Positions 12,126 to 25,802 of a DNA stretch of 64,000 nucleotides are shown piece after piece. The DNA is from Schmidtea nova (taxonomy: Eukaryota). Numbering within the stretch: position 1 is the first letter of the stretch; each line of letters starts with the position of its first letter. The notes under the pieces were generated by a model. The model was not told the origin of the DNA. It searched no databases and saw nothing but the letters and a program-made list of their open reading frames with translations. Location: the NCBI GenBank assembly GCA_044892505.1, contig CM097883.1:445408001-445472000 (forward strand), in the 5' to 3' direction. The translations under genes and the position numbers were made by a program.

Positions 12126-13339
12126 AAGTTCATCGATAAACAAAATTATAAACTTATGGTCATCAGTTATTTACATATTATCCATTTTGAAACGCTTAAC
12201 TTATTCATCCAGTACAACTTAGTTACGCTTACCATGGTAAATGTTCCGACGGAGCTCTATTTCATCATTTATCAAGACGATTTTTTTATTAAAAATATAT
12301 TCTGACTGGTTTTCATGTTCCATTATTTGTTTTGGATTTATATTGCTACAATTTGTTTTGATTAAAATAACAATTCAGTGTATAATATTTGATAAATAAA
12401 TGTGTCTATTCTTAAATTTTTCATCGCGCTTTTGAATTATAACAAACAAAAATAAAATTTTATTGGCTATTATGTAAACAACGTCCAAATATTTGTTTGA
12501 AGTTCTAAATTTAAAATTATTTTAAAATAAAAGTGGAATGGAAAAAAAGTTTCCAGGTTAACACAACACACTCGCCTTATATCAGATTCTTGATATGCAT
12601 GATATTTCACATCTTAAATTTCAAGTTCACCTTATACATATCGTGACATTCCGCCATGTCCACTATTGAATATATTTCCCCCATTTGACTGTGAACAATC
12701 ATACACATCTAGTAAGGCTACTTGAGTAAATATTGCACCAAACAATCATCATTAACATAACCGCAGGAATACCATTTTTTTCTTATATCCGTTCCGACTC
12801 TCTTAATTTTCTTTGAAAGTTTCATTTTCTTTTAACCGCAACAGAGAACTTAATATCATCCAACTTCCGTTTTTCTTGATCTATTTTGTAAAATATTTGT
12901 TTAAAATTCGGGTGGCTGTGTCAATCAAATTCATCTAATTTCTAGAATCCGTGAGTCCGATCTCTAAAGTTACATAAGTTAAACCAATTAAAATTATATC
13001 TTTATTAATCATTTTCAATCAAAATTTCAATAACATCTGTATTAAAAAATATTTTTTCTTGCCAAAACTTTTGTACAATATCTGTAATCCTGTTTTAACA
13101 CCTCAACTATTATTTTAACATAGTCCTCTACATATATTTCATTTTTGAATATTGGATAAAAAAATTTTAATAAACATTTGAGCATTTGTTTTGTTTCGAT
13201 ATCATGTTCTAACAAATCTAATTTCTCCCATTTTTGGCTGTGAACAATCATACGCAAATAGTGAGGCCGCTTGAGTAGATATTGTAGAAAAACGATCACC
13301 ATTAACATAACCACAGGAATACTGTACAAAAATTAAGAT

Positions 13340-14360
13340 ACACATTATATACAGAAAAAATTGTTTTCTCGCCTGCAATATATCGCCGAAGATGTCCTCT
13401 GAAGTAACATTTGAGGTTGTGAATTATGCCTTGATCCATTCGTTGCAACGAAGCAGTGATGTTTGGGGGAAGAAAACTTACTTCAATGTTAGAAAGTGTG
13501 CAATTGACTTGATGTGCAGAGCAGTTATCCAAGAGCATTAAAATTTTGCGCCCAGTCACACGCATTGAAATATCCAACTTGCGTAACCATTCATTGAATA
13601 TTACACTTGTTTTCCATGACATTTTATTTCATCGATAGGTAACATAAAGTTGATCATGGTTTACAAGCTTAAATCATCTTGGTTTCTCTGATTTTCCTAT
13701 GACCAGCAGTTTACACTTATCCGTCGCTTTCATGTTGCTACAAATCATAACAGTGATGCGATTCTTTGAAGCTTTTCCACCACTTCATTTTTCACCTTTG
13801 AAAGTCAGTGTTTTATTGTGCATCATTTTGTAAAAAATTCTAGTTTCATCTGCATTATAAATATTTTGTGCCTTATAACGTGCAATTATCCATGGAAGCA
13901 CCTGCGTAATCCAAGTGGCTTTCTCTTCAGGACTCACTATTCCTCTCTGTCCAGATACAGTTTTACAAATAACTCAGTGTCTCTGTTTAAATTTCTGAAG
14001 CCATCCCTCACTAGTTTTAAAATCCCCATCGCCCACATCATTGGTAAATTGCGACGACTTAGCTAACAAAATATGTCCACTGACTGTAGAATTTTTAGTT
14101 CTCATTTTTTTAAACCACAAAAGCACAGCCTCATCAACATTTTCGTATTTCACAGTTCATATACGCTTCCTGTTATTGTTGCGATTACCTGCTTCCAATT
14201 CTGATAAAATAGTATCCTTCTTCTTCACGATTTTTACAAATGTTAATCTATCCACATCATATTGTTGTGCTACAGCGCTGGGCTTCAGTGCCTCCAAAGT
14301 ACATTTACGAGTGATGTCTCCTTTTTCTTCTAAACATATCTACTTGCGTTTTGTTGTCAT
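13340..14360 (-). pseudogene. Tigger/pogo-family transposase relic (psq HTH, CENP-B HTH, DDE_1)
   Basis: MTTKRK*ICLEEK..., KYENVDEAVLLWFKKMR...SEGWLQKFKQRH, and WKTSVIFNEWLRKLD...KILMLLDNCSAH...FLPPNITASLQRMDQGIIHNLK; stops present, C-terminus truncated. Confidence 0.9.
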
Positions 14361-15755
14361 TGTATGTCTAAAAATAATGAGAGATCACAACGCATCAAGA
14401 CTATAAGTATAGTAGTGTATATTGTCATGAGTTCATTTTATTGTCATTTTATTTACAAATAATACTTCACATTTTGACTGGTACACACTTGACGTGATAT
14501 TACACTCAAGTACATCACATTCACATTTAACCCACTTGCAATTCCCCAACTGTCGAACTCTTGGCTTCATGTGGCCTTTATGCATCATTTAACATTCATC
14601 AATATTTGCATATGTTTGCGCATATGCTCATGGGTGCTAGCGTGGGTATTATTTTTATGTTGGTCGGATTGCCATAATCCGAACACCAAGTAGAGTCCCA
14701 TGTTTATCAACCAACACACCAACATTTCTATAATAGTTAAGGCAAATTTGTGAATTTCTATCAATTCAGGAGTAGACGATTATGCCAATAAAAATCAATA
14801 TCTTACTGTTGACGATGTAAGTGAATTTACACGCTATTCTAAGGATTTACTTTGGTAAAACTTAAATTATTAAAAGATTAAAATAAGTCAAATAAATAAT
14901 TAAATACTTTTAATTTGCCATATAACAATCACACAATCATAACATTCGGTATAACGATATCAGACGACTAACAACAAGGAATTAATCAGAAAATGAGTAA
15001 TAAGATACTATACTCAAGTTGTATCCAAAATTAAAAGCACGGAAAATTAATAATATCTCAGTTTAGACTCAATTCAACTTCCTGTCAAATCAGTCTGATC
15101 CTTCGAGGCTTTCTTCAGCTGATCTAGTAAGCGCGCTTCCAGTCTACTTTGCCGACATACTCGTATCGCCTTACTGGGCTTAAACTTTTCCGGCTTGGTT
15201 ACCGTGTTTGTGATTTCGGTTTCGATTTGGCGGAAACAGTTCCAAATTAGTACTCGGTGCATTTGGAAGGATAACAGTGGGGGTTCCGAATTCCAATTGA
15301 CAGCGAACCAATTGAGCTTCACGTTCACGAATGACTAATTTGAACGCCCGATTCTTCGTCGCGTCTTCATTTGCTTGCTGTTGCAAAATCTGGACCTAGT
15401 TCTTTGTGTTTTCCATTTTGTCGACATTGTACCATGTCACTTCCATGGTACGACAACGCGACTTGAATTTTTCTAATCGTTCGCTCAATGATTTATTATC
15501 TGTCTTCAATTGCATTTTCTCGACCTTCATCTCGCCTAATTTAAGGGTAATCTTACTCACATTGACTTTAATGTTCTTGATTGATTTGATAAATTCGTTC
15601 ATTTCCTCGAAGAGCAGAATCTAGAATTTTATATATTTGTACATCATTTACAAAATCAAATACAATGTAATATTGGATGTGAATAGTGGTATATTCGCTT
15701 AACGCAAACAATAACTGCTAAGATCATCAACTCTCCACAAAAGAATACAATCAAT

Positions 15756-16079
15756 CAGTGGCGTAACTTCATATTCTGGGCCCCTTGCAAGATTTTCAAA
15801 ATGCCCCCCCCTCCATACAGCCGATGACAATCTAATAGACAATTTTATGTTTCAAATTATCGACTCACTTTTGAGACATACATTTTAATGATTTTAATTT
15901 ATGATATTTTATTTTATTATTAATTTGTAATCTTATGCCACAACTAAAAATTGTTTTCGATTGTTTTCGGCTTTCTGCTGTGCATTTATTAATTAAAATA
16001 GTTCATTTTTTCAGGTTTGAAAATGGGCCCCCTTTTACCTGGGCCCCCACGCAGTTGCGGGCCCATAGTTACGCTACTG
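15756..16079. mobile_element. hAT MITE (324 bp)
   Basis: TIRs CAGTGGCGTAAC / GTTACGCTACTG, subterminal GGGCCCC motifs, perfect 8-bp TSD CAATCAAT. Confidence 0.9.
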
Positions 16080-17735
16080 CAATCAATACATACCATATCA
16101 TCATGTACATTCATTCATTCATCAGCAGGACGATTTCGATTTTGTCTATTGACGCTGTCATATTTTATAATGGCCAAGATTCTATACAAAAAAAACAAAA
16201 GTCATCATTATTTTTACAGATTTATTTTTATTAATAAAGGAATTTAATTTATTTAGTAAATATCTGATACTGGGACCGTTTTAATAAAAAATTTATGATA
16301 CCATTTAAATTAAAACATGGTTGTCGTTTAAGTTGGTATTTACTTCGACTAAACTATATCCGATTTGATTGTTTAATAAATTATTATTAATTAAAGGTGT
16401 GATTTCATCATCATTGATGGTGATAATTTTATCATAGCATTAATGTTTTATATAATTTTATATAGCATTAATGTTCATTCTTATGACGAAGGGTTTACTC
16501 AGACACTTTAGCCCGGGAATAACCCTGCTGTACCCGGGGACAATGAGTTTGAAGTCCCCTATTTCAGGGACACTTTTGCAAGCATCCCATTACAGACTAA
16601 AAGATTGTTAGACGGGTCGAATCAATAGTAAAAGGCATCTTTCACTAACCGAATCTTTTTTAGAAGGCCCAAATCGTGATACAGAAGTAGACCCGAAGGA
16701 ATACTTTAACATTCTCATCATCTGGTTACTGACTCTGCAGTAGCATAGGAATGAGTTAGTAAGAGAAAACTACGATATGGGTTTGTCTCAGAACCCAGCA
16801 GAGATAAGATGTCGGTCGAATCCATGCCGAGTAAGAGAACCCGTACGGGTATGACGTCAAGAAACTTTACCCAGATAAGACATCAATCAAATCCTAGTAA
16901 AGCTCAAAGTACATTCGTAGAAGTTACGAGATCACTTATTGTTACGGAGGGAATCCTCCCTTTTTATCCTAGGGCATTGCAGGTTCTCGGGCCTATCGAT
17001 TTGCAAAATCAATAGTCTTTTTCCATTAGTCAAGCTATTCTTGACAAGTTATGCTGGACATCAAACAATTTGGGCACCAAATTGTATACATGGTTTAGCG
17101 AAATTATACACAAACTTATTGATTTAAAATAAATGTATATGAGAATACCCTCAAAAAGAAAGTGAACAATTAAGATATTAACTGAATAAGTACCAACTGA
17201 GTCAGTACCACCAGTCAATACAAAACTATAGATCAAAGACTTCATATTACTATGAAGATGTATTTTCAAACACTATTACCTTAGAAAAGCACTCTCGGTA
17301 AAGATAACCAAAAGTGAACCTCTCAAAATATTACTATAGAATGTACTATAGAATACCTCAATCAGTGGAGAATCAAAATATTTCGAAAAAGAAAATCCGA
17401 TTTGACTAACTATTTGGACCGAAATTAGAGTAAGAACCTTTTTATTGTTTGGTGCGGGGTCATTGAAAAGTCATGCCCCTTCAATTACCCCGTACCCAGT
17501 AATATTTTATTTTGTTCTTTGAATTTTAGTAAATTGATATTATTTCATTATTAATTTTATATGAAAATATCAAACTTTATATGTTAAATGATTCGTTTTA
17601 TCCTTATTTTATTTATTATTCAAATTTTTCTCTACGGTCACAAATTCCCATAGTTGCAAAATTTCAATATTCTAAATAAAAGATGTCAAATAAATAATTT
17701 TTTGTTTGCTTCCATACCCCCTGAAACCTGTTTCT

Positions 17736-17880
17736 GGCCTTGTGCCGAGCGGGTGGAAGTAGCCTGAGCGGATCGCTGGTTCGATTCGTAATCAATCAAT
17801 TTCCGACTTCAGGTGATACGCCCAAACACCCATGATCACTTCATCCCAACTGGGGAACAGTGGCTTGGCCAAGGGCAAGG
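17736..17880 (+). mobile_element. Possible tRNA-derived SINE head
   Basis: A-box-like TGTGCCGAGCGG (17741) and B-box-like GGTTCGATTCG (17778), GC-rich against an AT background; no full cloverleaf. Confidence 0.35.
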
Positions 17881-18599
17881 TGTTATATTAATGATCTATA
17901 ATTTATAATAGTGTATTTTATCGGAATTATACTTTAACATAATGCACACTTAAAACCTGATACTACATAAAAACGTAAATGTCAATTCATCCATCGATGT
18001 CTTTTCCATTATATAATTTTTATATATATAATTATATATTTTACTCGTCGTTCGCCTTCACTCTCACAACAATTGTCATCTTATCCGAAAACACAAGTAT
18101 AATAGAAGCTAATATTGAAACGAGAATCGTTTTAAATAATGCTCAAAGCTGATAAAATGATCACGAAATGAAACGAATTATGAAGACAAATATTGATTGA
18201 TCTGAATTAAACCTCATTAATTATCTAAGTAACGAACGAAACCGAAATTCACCTTGCTTGATGTCGAAAACCATTCTTTGAAAAAATTTACAATTTATCC
18301 TACTTTTATTTTTATTTAGTATATAGAATTTTTAGATTGAATTCTTATTTGGATTGCAAAATTTGTGGATAAAAATTTATTATTATGTAGATTTCGTTTT
18401 TGATCATAAAAATAAAAATTTACTTTTTTTCATATTACGAAAAATTTATAATGAAAAAATTGTAAACCAAAAATTTTCCTAGGAGTTTGTAAATCAAAAA
18501 TTATATTGGAACACATGAAAATTATAAATCGAAGATATTGTTATTATATCAAAAATTTTATCATTTTATAAAATTCCAAATTCGAAATTTCATAGAAAA

Positions 18600-20960
18600 A
18601 TTTACAATTAGTATGTATATCCTTAAACTATAAAAATTAGAATCCAAAAATTTATATTACAAAAATTTGAAATTTTATTGTTAAATAACATTTATAAAAT
18701 TATAAATTTAAAATCTAGTAAAAAGAATTGTAAAATTACTATTATTATTTTAATTCTAAAAAGATTTTATATATAAATATATATTGTTTTATAAAATACC
18801 CCCCCACGATATCACAAGTCATATTACATACATATTTGCAAAACAATACATCCATTCCATTCAATAACACCATCCATACTAATACCACATGCAACATTTA
18901 CTTAAATACAACACACACACTACCATATTTCAATCAATAGAATCTTCTATGCTAAATAATACAATAAACAATACATCCACTCACCAACATACACAACGTG
19001 ATTTCAACTCACAGTATTCACTAGCACCATACATCCAGACAATCCCCACAGATATTTATACAATCACATCCATTGCTTATCGCCCATTGCAGTAGCATTC
19101 TTTCCGACATACAAACACATATATTTACAACAATAGGATATCTATTTCAATATATTACAGCATTATTTCAATATTATATACACACAAGCCTACAATCACT
19201 TCATCTCGTCTCACCAAACCACAGCAAACTACAACATCCCATATAAAGTCTCATTATAGGGTACAGTACGACGATTCATAAACACCACCCGATTAATGGT
19301 GGCCAACAATCTGCATTTATATCAATTTCACCCCCTGAGAGTTAGATCCCCCACATATCTCTGCCGATCAGCCCACCTCACTCGCTAAACATACCTTATA
19401 GCAATGAAATACATTCAGAAAATTTTTAAATTTCAATAAGGTAATAGAAACAAAAACATATTTATATTTTCAAAACCAGGAAAAAGTATAATTAATAATT
19501 TTATTTAATCGAAACCGAATCAAAAGATTCGTAAAAGAAGTTGCCCAGCGATGATGTTTGTTTTCTGGAGAGTTCTATTGTGTTCTCGGTTTGATGAACT
19601 CGATGGCGAATTTGTTCAATGAGAGTCCATGTGGAAGCTGTGCAAATAAAACTGAACGAATGTTGTATCGGGGCATAAGACAAATTCCTTTTGTAGTAGG
19701 AATGGTATAGATATAACACAGCACGACAATTATATGAGATTTCTTTTTCTTCTTCAACCGTTATACGAAGAAAATAGCATAGAAAATGATAAGATTCCAA
19801 GCGTCTAATTTGGTAGTTCCATCAGACGATTCTGTTCTATTGTGGCCGCATCTTAAATAAAAATGGAGAGTTTTAACCCCATATTCACTGAGATTTACAT
19901 TAGGAAATTGCCATTTCGGATGCCGGTGATGCTTTGTTTTCGTCCTAAAAAGGAAATAGAAATAGATAAGCAGGATAAAACCCTAAACTTTCAAATTTAC
20001 CTGTTTCCGGGGAAAATCCTGATTAAAAACAAAAGATCAATATTTATAATATAGTATGGAACAAACAACAAATCAGGTTGAATCTTGTTTATATCGAAAT
20101 GTAAAACCAAAATAAATTTTTGTATATAATGCTCTGAAAATTTTTTTTTCAAATTTTTCTCTATTCGCTAAGAACGGGTTTCAGTGAATAACCTTTAATA
20201 TAAAAAATAAAGGAAGTTTCCTTTTAATCATAAATGGTCTTTAAATAGGTAAATGAAAGACATTAAAGTTTGTTTAAATATCCTACATTGTAGCAGTTAC
20301 AGTTGTCTAGGCCACGGCAAGAATTCAAAAGCTATGAGGTTAAATTTTAAATTAAAAATTAAATCCACAATATAAAGCAAGATAGACATTAGGTATAAGG
20401 AATAAGTAAAATTTAGTTAAATTTACCGACACAAAAATATACCAATTTAAAAATTTTGGAAAATAATAAAAACCTAGTTAAAATCGACAGAAATCAAATA
20501 CCCCGAATATATGTAATGATCAAAGATTATTCGATCCCCGAATTGATTTTGCGATGATATGTTTAGTTTGAGCTTACGAATAGAGTGAATGTTCGAAAAT
20601 TCCCGAGAATTTAGATAATACCGAGCATAATGATTGATTGGGACAGATTAATAAATTTTAATTGACGAAATTACTTCATTTTTGTTAATTTAAAATATAT
20701 ATCTGCAGTTAAATAATGCATAGGAGGGACAAAATGGGCATTAAACCTTCTATCGGTAGCCCTTGGACCCAGGAGATATTCGGTCAATCATAGTTTCGTA
20801 TTGACGACGCTCATTGATTGCGAATACCCACCCATTTGTTGCATTACCAACGTTACATTAAGACGGGCAACAAGATTTTTATTTCAATTATTTGTATGTT
20901 GAGTTGTTGATACGAGCCATAGCAACTTTAAGGTCATATTGACAATCAACAACCCACCAA
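18600..20960 (-). mobile_element. 3' part of a large LTR-like element, copy A (colinear with 58950-62280)
   Basis: Poly-G tract (PPT-like) on minus strand at ~18799-18804, adjacent AT-rich LTR-like block, CA-rich stretch and a conserved coding-like block 20530-20960, all in the same order and spacing as at 58950-62280. Confidence 0.5.
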
Positions 20961-20964
20961 AAGG

Positions 20965-23900
20965 ATAATAGCATATGGACCAAAAATTATCAATAAAAAT
21001 GAAATTGGGTACTATATAACCAAAACCGTCTTATCCAATAGGCACCATAGGCACCGTGCCTATGGCCTACGAACTTTAAGGGGGCCTATGAAGAAAAAAT
21101 AAAATACATACAAATATATACAAAGAAAAACAAATAATTTTAGTTAAAAAAAAATTAAATAAATTCAAATATAAAAAGAACGAAAATAAATAATTTCAAA
21201 TATAAAAACGGAACTGAAAAATTTTAAATAATAATTTATTTTCGCCATTTTTCTTTGGCAAAATCTTCAATAATGTCGTCAAAATTCATATCACGAGTAA
21301 GATTACTCTCAATGCAAAGAACAGCCAATGATGAGAGGCGATCTTGATTCATAGTTGAACGAATATAATTTTTTATATGCTTCGATTTGGAAAATGATCG
21401 TTCTCCTTCTGCATTTGCTCCAATAATAGAGAGATAAATTCGAAATGCAATATTTACATTTAGAAAACTTGTCTGTAATTTGTCTTGAATTTGTGATTTT
21501 ATTAAATCTGCTACAGATTTCTTATCTTTATACATTGAAGAAAACATTATAAACTCATCTACAAATTCTTTTTCCAAATCTGATGAATATGTGTTGACTA
21601 AATCTTTAGCTCTACATCTAGCTTCTTCGTTGGATAAAGATTTAACTCCAATTAAACTGAAGTTATTGTATAATGTATTGTATGCTCCTCGTCGTTTTTT
21701 CATTTCAGTGCATAGCCTATCTACAATAAGGTAAAAAGAATGTATTCGAAACGTATCCCTAGCAGACAATTCTGAATCTTCTTCTGTTACTTCATCGAAA
21801 AATTGTTTTCTTTTCCGCCTTCGTTGCACACAATCCTTGTAATCAACATTTGTCATTTCTTTAGCACTTTTTTCAAAATCATTAAATTTGTTCCGAATTC
21901 TGGCAAGAATGTTAGAAGACCATCATATAATTTCACAATCATACAGAATTCGATTCCCCGGCTCTTGTACTGCTTTATTTACTTTATCAATATTATTTAA
22001 CAGTCATTAATGTTCAGTTTTTTTAGCAAACATTTTGCTTCGTGAACTGTTGTTGGTGGTTGTCGATCACATTGTGAAATATTAGTTAGTGCTGCTCGTA
22101 TTTGATATAAATTTTTACTTAACACTTTAGCAGCTTCGTTACGCGAAGACCATCTTGTTTGTGATAAGCTTCTAACAGAGTGGACATTTCCAGTCACATT
22201 CAATTTTAATTTTGCCCATCTTTGCGGTGACGCTGAGAAAAATGTAAATAGAGATTTTAAAAACCCGAAAAAGTTTACTGCAGCAAAAAAACTTTAAGCT
22301 GACTTTACCCCTACCAAATTGAGGCTATGTGCGGCACATGGAATCCATATTGTCAAAGGGTTTATTTCCTTAAATCTCACTTGGACTCCGGAATATATTC
22401 CGCTCATATTACTTGCATTATCGTACGATTGTGATCTACAGTTGAGAATATCTATGCCATGATCAGCAAGCACTAGTTTTATAACATCAAAAAGATATTT
22501 TCCATCATTCTGTTCGATAGGAACGAACATTAAGAATCGCTCGACCACTTGTTCGTCTTTTAACACATAGTGAATAATTACAGTAAGCTGATCTGTGTGA
22601 CTCACATCGGGAGTAGAATCAATGCTAATACCATAATATTTGGCTTCCTTATTTTCAGAAGAGATTTGCTTTAAAACTTTTGATCCCAATAATTTGATAA
22701 AATTTTCATAGATGTTGGCAGAAAGGTAAGAAACGCTTCCTCTACCTCTATTTTCGTGTTTTCGAATGTGTTCTTTAAGAAATGGATCGAACTCAGACAA
22801 AAATTTGATGCATCCAAGAAAATTTCCATTTTGAGGATTATTATGCAGTTGATTATCTCCACGAAAAGCCAATCCCCTTTCTGCGAGAAACTTCACTACC
22901 GCAACTACTCTTTTCAACACATTAATCAAGTATTTAGTGGCATGTTCCTTTTCATTTTCCAGCTGTTTATCAATTCTAGAGGATTTTTGACATATGAGCA
23001 TTGCAAATAAAGCAGCGAAATGGTCCTTTGATTTTTCATATGAAGGTATTCTTATATTTGCATTTTTCCAATCGTCGAAGCCAGATTGAAATTGATTACA
23101 TAGTTCATTAGGTATTTTTTTGAATAGCATACACACATAACACTAAACTTTTCCAGTAGATTCGGAAAATATTAACCAGTCTATTTTAACTATCTCTCCA
23201 TTAGCTAGTGTTCTAAAAAAAATTCTTTTCGTGCATACCTATTTTTCTGTCCAAATCTTCTGCTTGATGCTTTAAGGCTACTTTCTAAATTGTTAGATGG
23301 AATACATTCGGCAAAATAATGAATAAGATCTACATTGATTTTTCATTTATCGGGATCATTGCTGTAACTTGAATGCGATCCAAAAGTTTCACCACATTTT
23401 GATGTATTAGTAGTTGAAATAGATTCATTCTTATTCTGACTCGTATCTTCAACTGTCTCTAATGCTAATGATTCGGATTCAAGATTTTTAATATTAATCT
23501 GATTGCACTCAATTTCTTTTTGATTTTGATTTTTTTCCTGTTCAATACTTAGTGACATATCATTGATCTCCATTATTTGAGTGCTGGCCTGTCGTTCTGA
23601 AATAGTAACGAATTTAAGTAAAGAACCTCTGATTTCGCTTAGCGCCTTTTCTTTTTCTTCTTTGCGTTTTAGTTATATATTTCCAGATTCGTGGAGTATT
23701 TTATATCCATCAGACATTTTTGTATCACTATTATTTAATACAATTAAATCACAATAAATGCCTATGAAAACAGAAAATTAATAAAAATTATAATATTCCT
23801 TGTTATGAATATTAACCTCGAAAAGAAAACACCGATATTTGTCAACAGCAAATCGATACTAAATACATCTTATAAAATTAAATCTTGAATGATGAAAGTT

Positions 23901-25569
23901 TGGAAATTCACGCGCTGAGATCTGTTTGAATAATGTACATAGTTATTAATATTCATAAAATAACACAAATTATGCAAACTTAAATATAACGGCGCTCTGT
24001 GCAATCAACTATTCCAAGACAATTAAAAATTCAAATTACAATGTTGAAAATCCAAATTACACTGTTCAGAAAATAATTTTGGTGTACTAATTTGTTTTTC
24101 ATTATATATATTGTAATGTTTGAGACGGCTCTATATATAACAAGAAAGGAATTATTTTCTGTTTTCCATTTTACACAGCATTTCAAAAATTATCTCTACT
24201 GGAAAATTTTTATTTTATGAACTGATCATAAAGCAATCTATTTTATGTTAACTACAAAAAAAATCAATTACCGCTCAGTTTCGAAAATGGATAATTTTTT
24301 AAAGTATTTTGGACATGAAATTAGAATATCGCAAAAGTGAGAAACGCAATAATGCGGATGCACTGCCACGACTAAATATTGGAAATTGCACACAATGTCA
24401 GATGAATCATATTGATGCTAAAGCAAAAACAATTAAAACTAAAATTTTAGCCATGTCAATAGAAGGTCAAACATTTATATGACAAAGAAATAATGGAAAG
24501 AAAAGAAAACATTCAGAACGGCAAAACTGAAGATTAGTATGTGAACAATGGAATTATTATGACTCATAATAATAAAATATATATTCCTTCATATATGAAA
24601 AATGATTTTATAGTAGAAATTCATAAAGAATTGTGCCATGCAAGAATCAACAAATCGACAAACTACATAAAGAATTATTATAATTTCCAAGAAATGGATA
24701 AAAGTATTAAGAGAATTATCACAACTTGTGAAATTTGCCAGAAACGTAAAACAAAAGAAGTTATTGAAAAACTAATTGCGCATGAACCATTTGAAAAATT
24801 ATATTTTGAATTTTGTGGCTCCTTTAAAATGACACCATCTGACAAAAGATATGTGATGGCTATAATAGATCATTTTAGTAAATATATAGTATTAAAAGCT
24901 ATAAGAACACAAGAAGAAAAGACATTAATTGATAATGTGAAAAGTTCGTGGATATTGACGTTTGGTCAGCCAAAGGAAATTCATGTCGATAAATGAAAAT
25001 GTTTCGAATCCCAAGCTTTTAAAATTATGGCAGTAAAGTATCACTTGAAGATAGTTTATTCAAGTCCTTATCATCATCAATCTAATGGACAAATTGAAAG
25101 ACAATTTAGAACGCTGAGACTGAATTTCCTGTTGTTTGGAAGAGAAACAATTTAAGACATTGGAAGAAACATTGCCTCATATAGAATTTGCAATGAATTC
25201 AACAATGCAGTCAAGTATAAAAGTAAGTCCTGTTGAAGTAATTTATGGAAGGAAATTTTGCGAAAAGCGTTTTACTAATCGTCCAGAAATTAATGTTAAA
25301 AAACCAAAGAAACATGAAATAGCATTGAATATTAAATCATTGAACCGTATAAATAATTATAATGAGGAAAATCGAATACATATCTTTCGGAGTCGGTGAA
25401 TTGGTACTCGTCAAGGAAAATATCAGAAACAAGCAAGATAACAGGTATTAGGGACCTTTTAAAATAATGGAAAAATATAATAAAAATAGTTATTTATTAA
25501 GAAATGCTAATAATAAATGTATTAATAGAAATAAGGAATGGCTAAGTCCATTTAAAACGAGGGGTATAA
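20965..25569 (+). pseudogene. Degenerate Ty3/Gypsy pol (RNase H and integrase), split by a hAT insertion
   Basis: KRIIAYGPKIINKNEIGYYIT|K...HFTQHFKNYL...TDHKAI across the hAT; then IHKELCHARINK...CEICQK, AIIDHFSKY, FGQPKEIHVD, SPYHHQSNGQIER; PPT AAAACGAGGGG before the LTR. Confidence 0.85.
21021..24133 (-). mobile_element. Full-length but inactivated hAT transposon (ZMYM1-like transposase, ~23717-21236)
   Basis: Degenerate TIRs CAAAACCGTCTTA / TAGAGCCGTCTCA, 8-bp TSD TATATAAC both sides, subterminal TAGGCAC repeats. Transposase with TTF zinc finger, DUF4371-type region (FLAERGLAFRG, ISIDSTPDVSHTDQL, CRSQSYDNASNMSG) and dimerisation motif (EGERSFSK...YIRSTMNQDRL); multiple stops and frameshifts. 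Confidence 0.92.
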
Positions 25570-25802
25570 TGTAATTATAATGGGATATTTGATTTCCCTA
25601 ACCCCTATTCTATATTGTATAATGCCTGCATGTGTGATTGATTATGTTTAATTGGCTGGATCCTCAGATTATATCAATGTTTTTTATTTCCCAAAAAGCT
25701 ATTGATGATTGTACTGGTGTCGGCACACCGGGTACTATAAAAAGTACCACAATTTCTTGAATAAAGTTTTTAGAATCTCTCAAGTAATTCTTATTCATTA
25801 CA
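25570..25802 (+). mobile_element. 3' LTR of the Gypsy element
   Basis: Follows the PPT; termini TGTAAT...ATTACA; contains TATAAAA and AATAAA. Confidence 0.75.

Larger units (their letters stand above)
7070..12290. repeat. Tandem segmental duplication, copy 2
   Basis: Colinear with 560-5500, with an extra 351-bp insertion (9797-10147), small indels and a ~190-bp deletion in the orphan ORF. Confidence 0.95.

Noticed and set aside
16480-17400. GC-richer block with short ORFs
   Set aside because: No recognisable domain, termini or repeat partner within the window.
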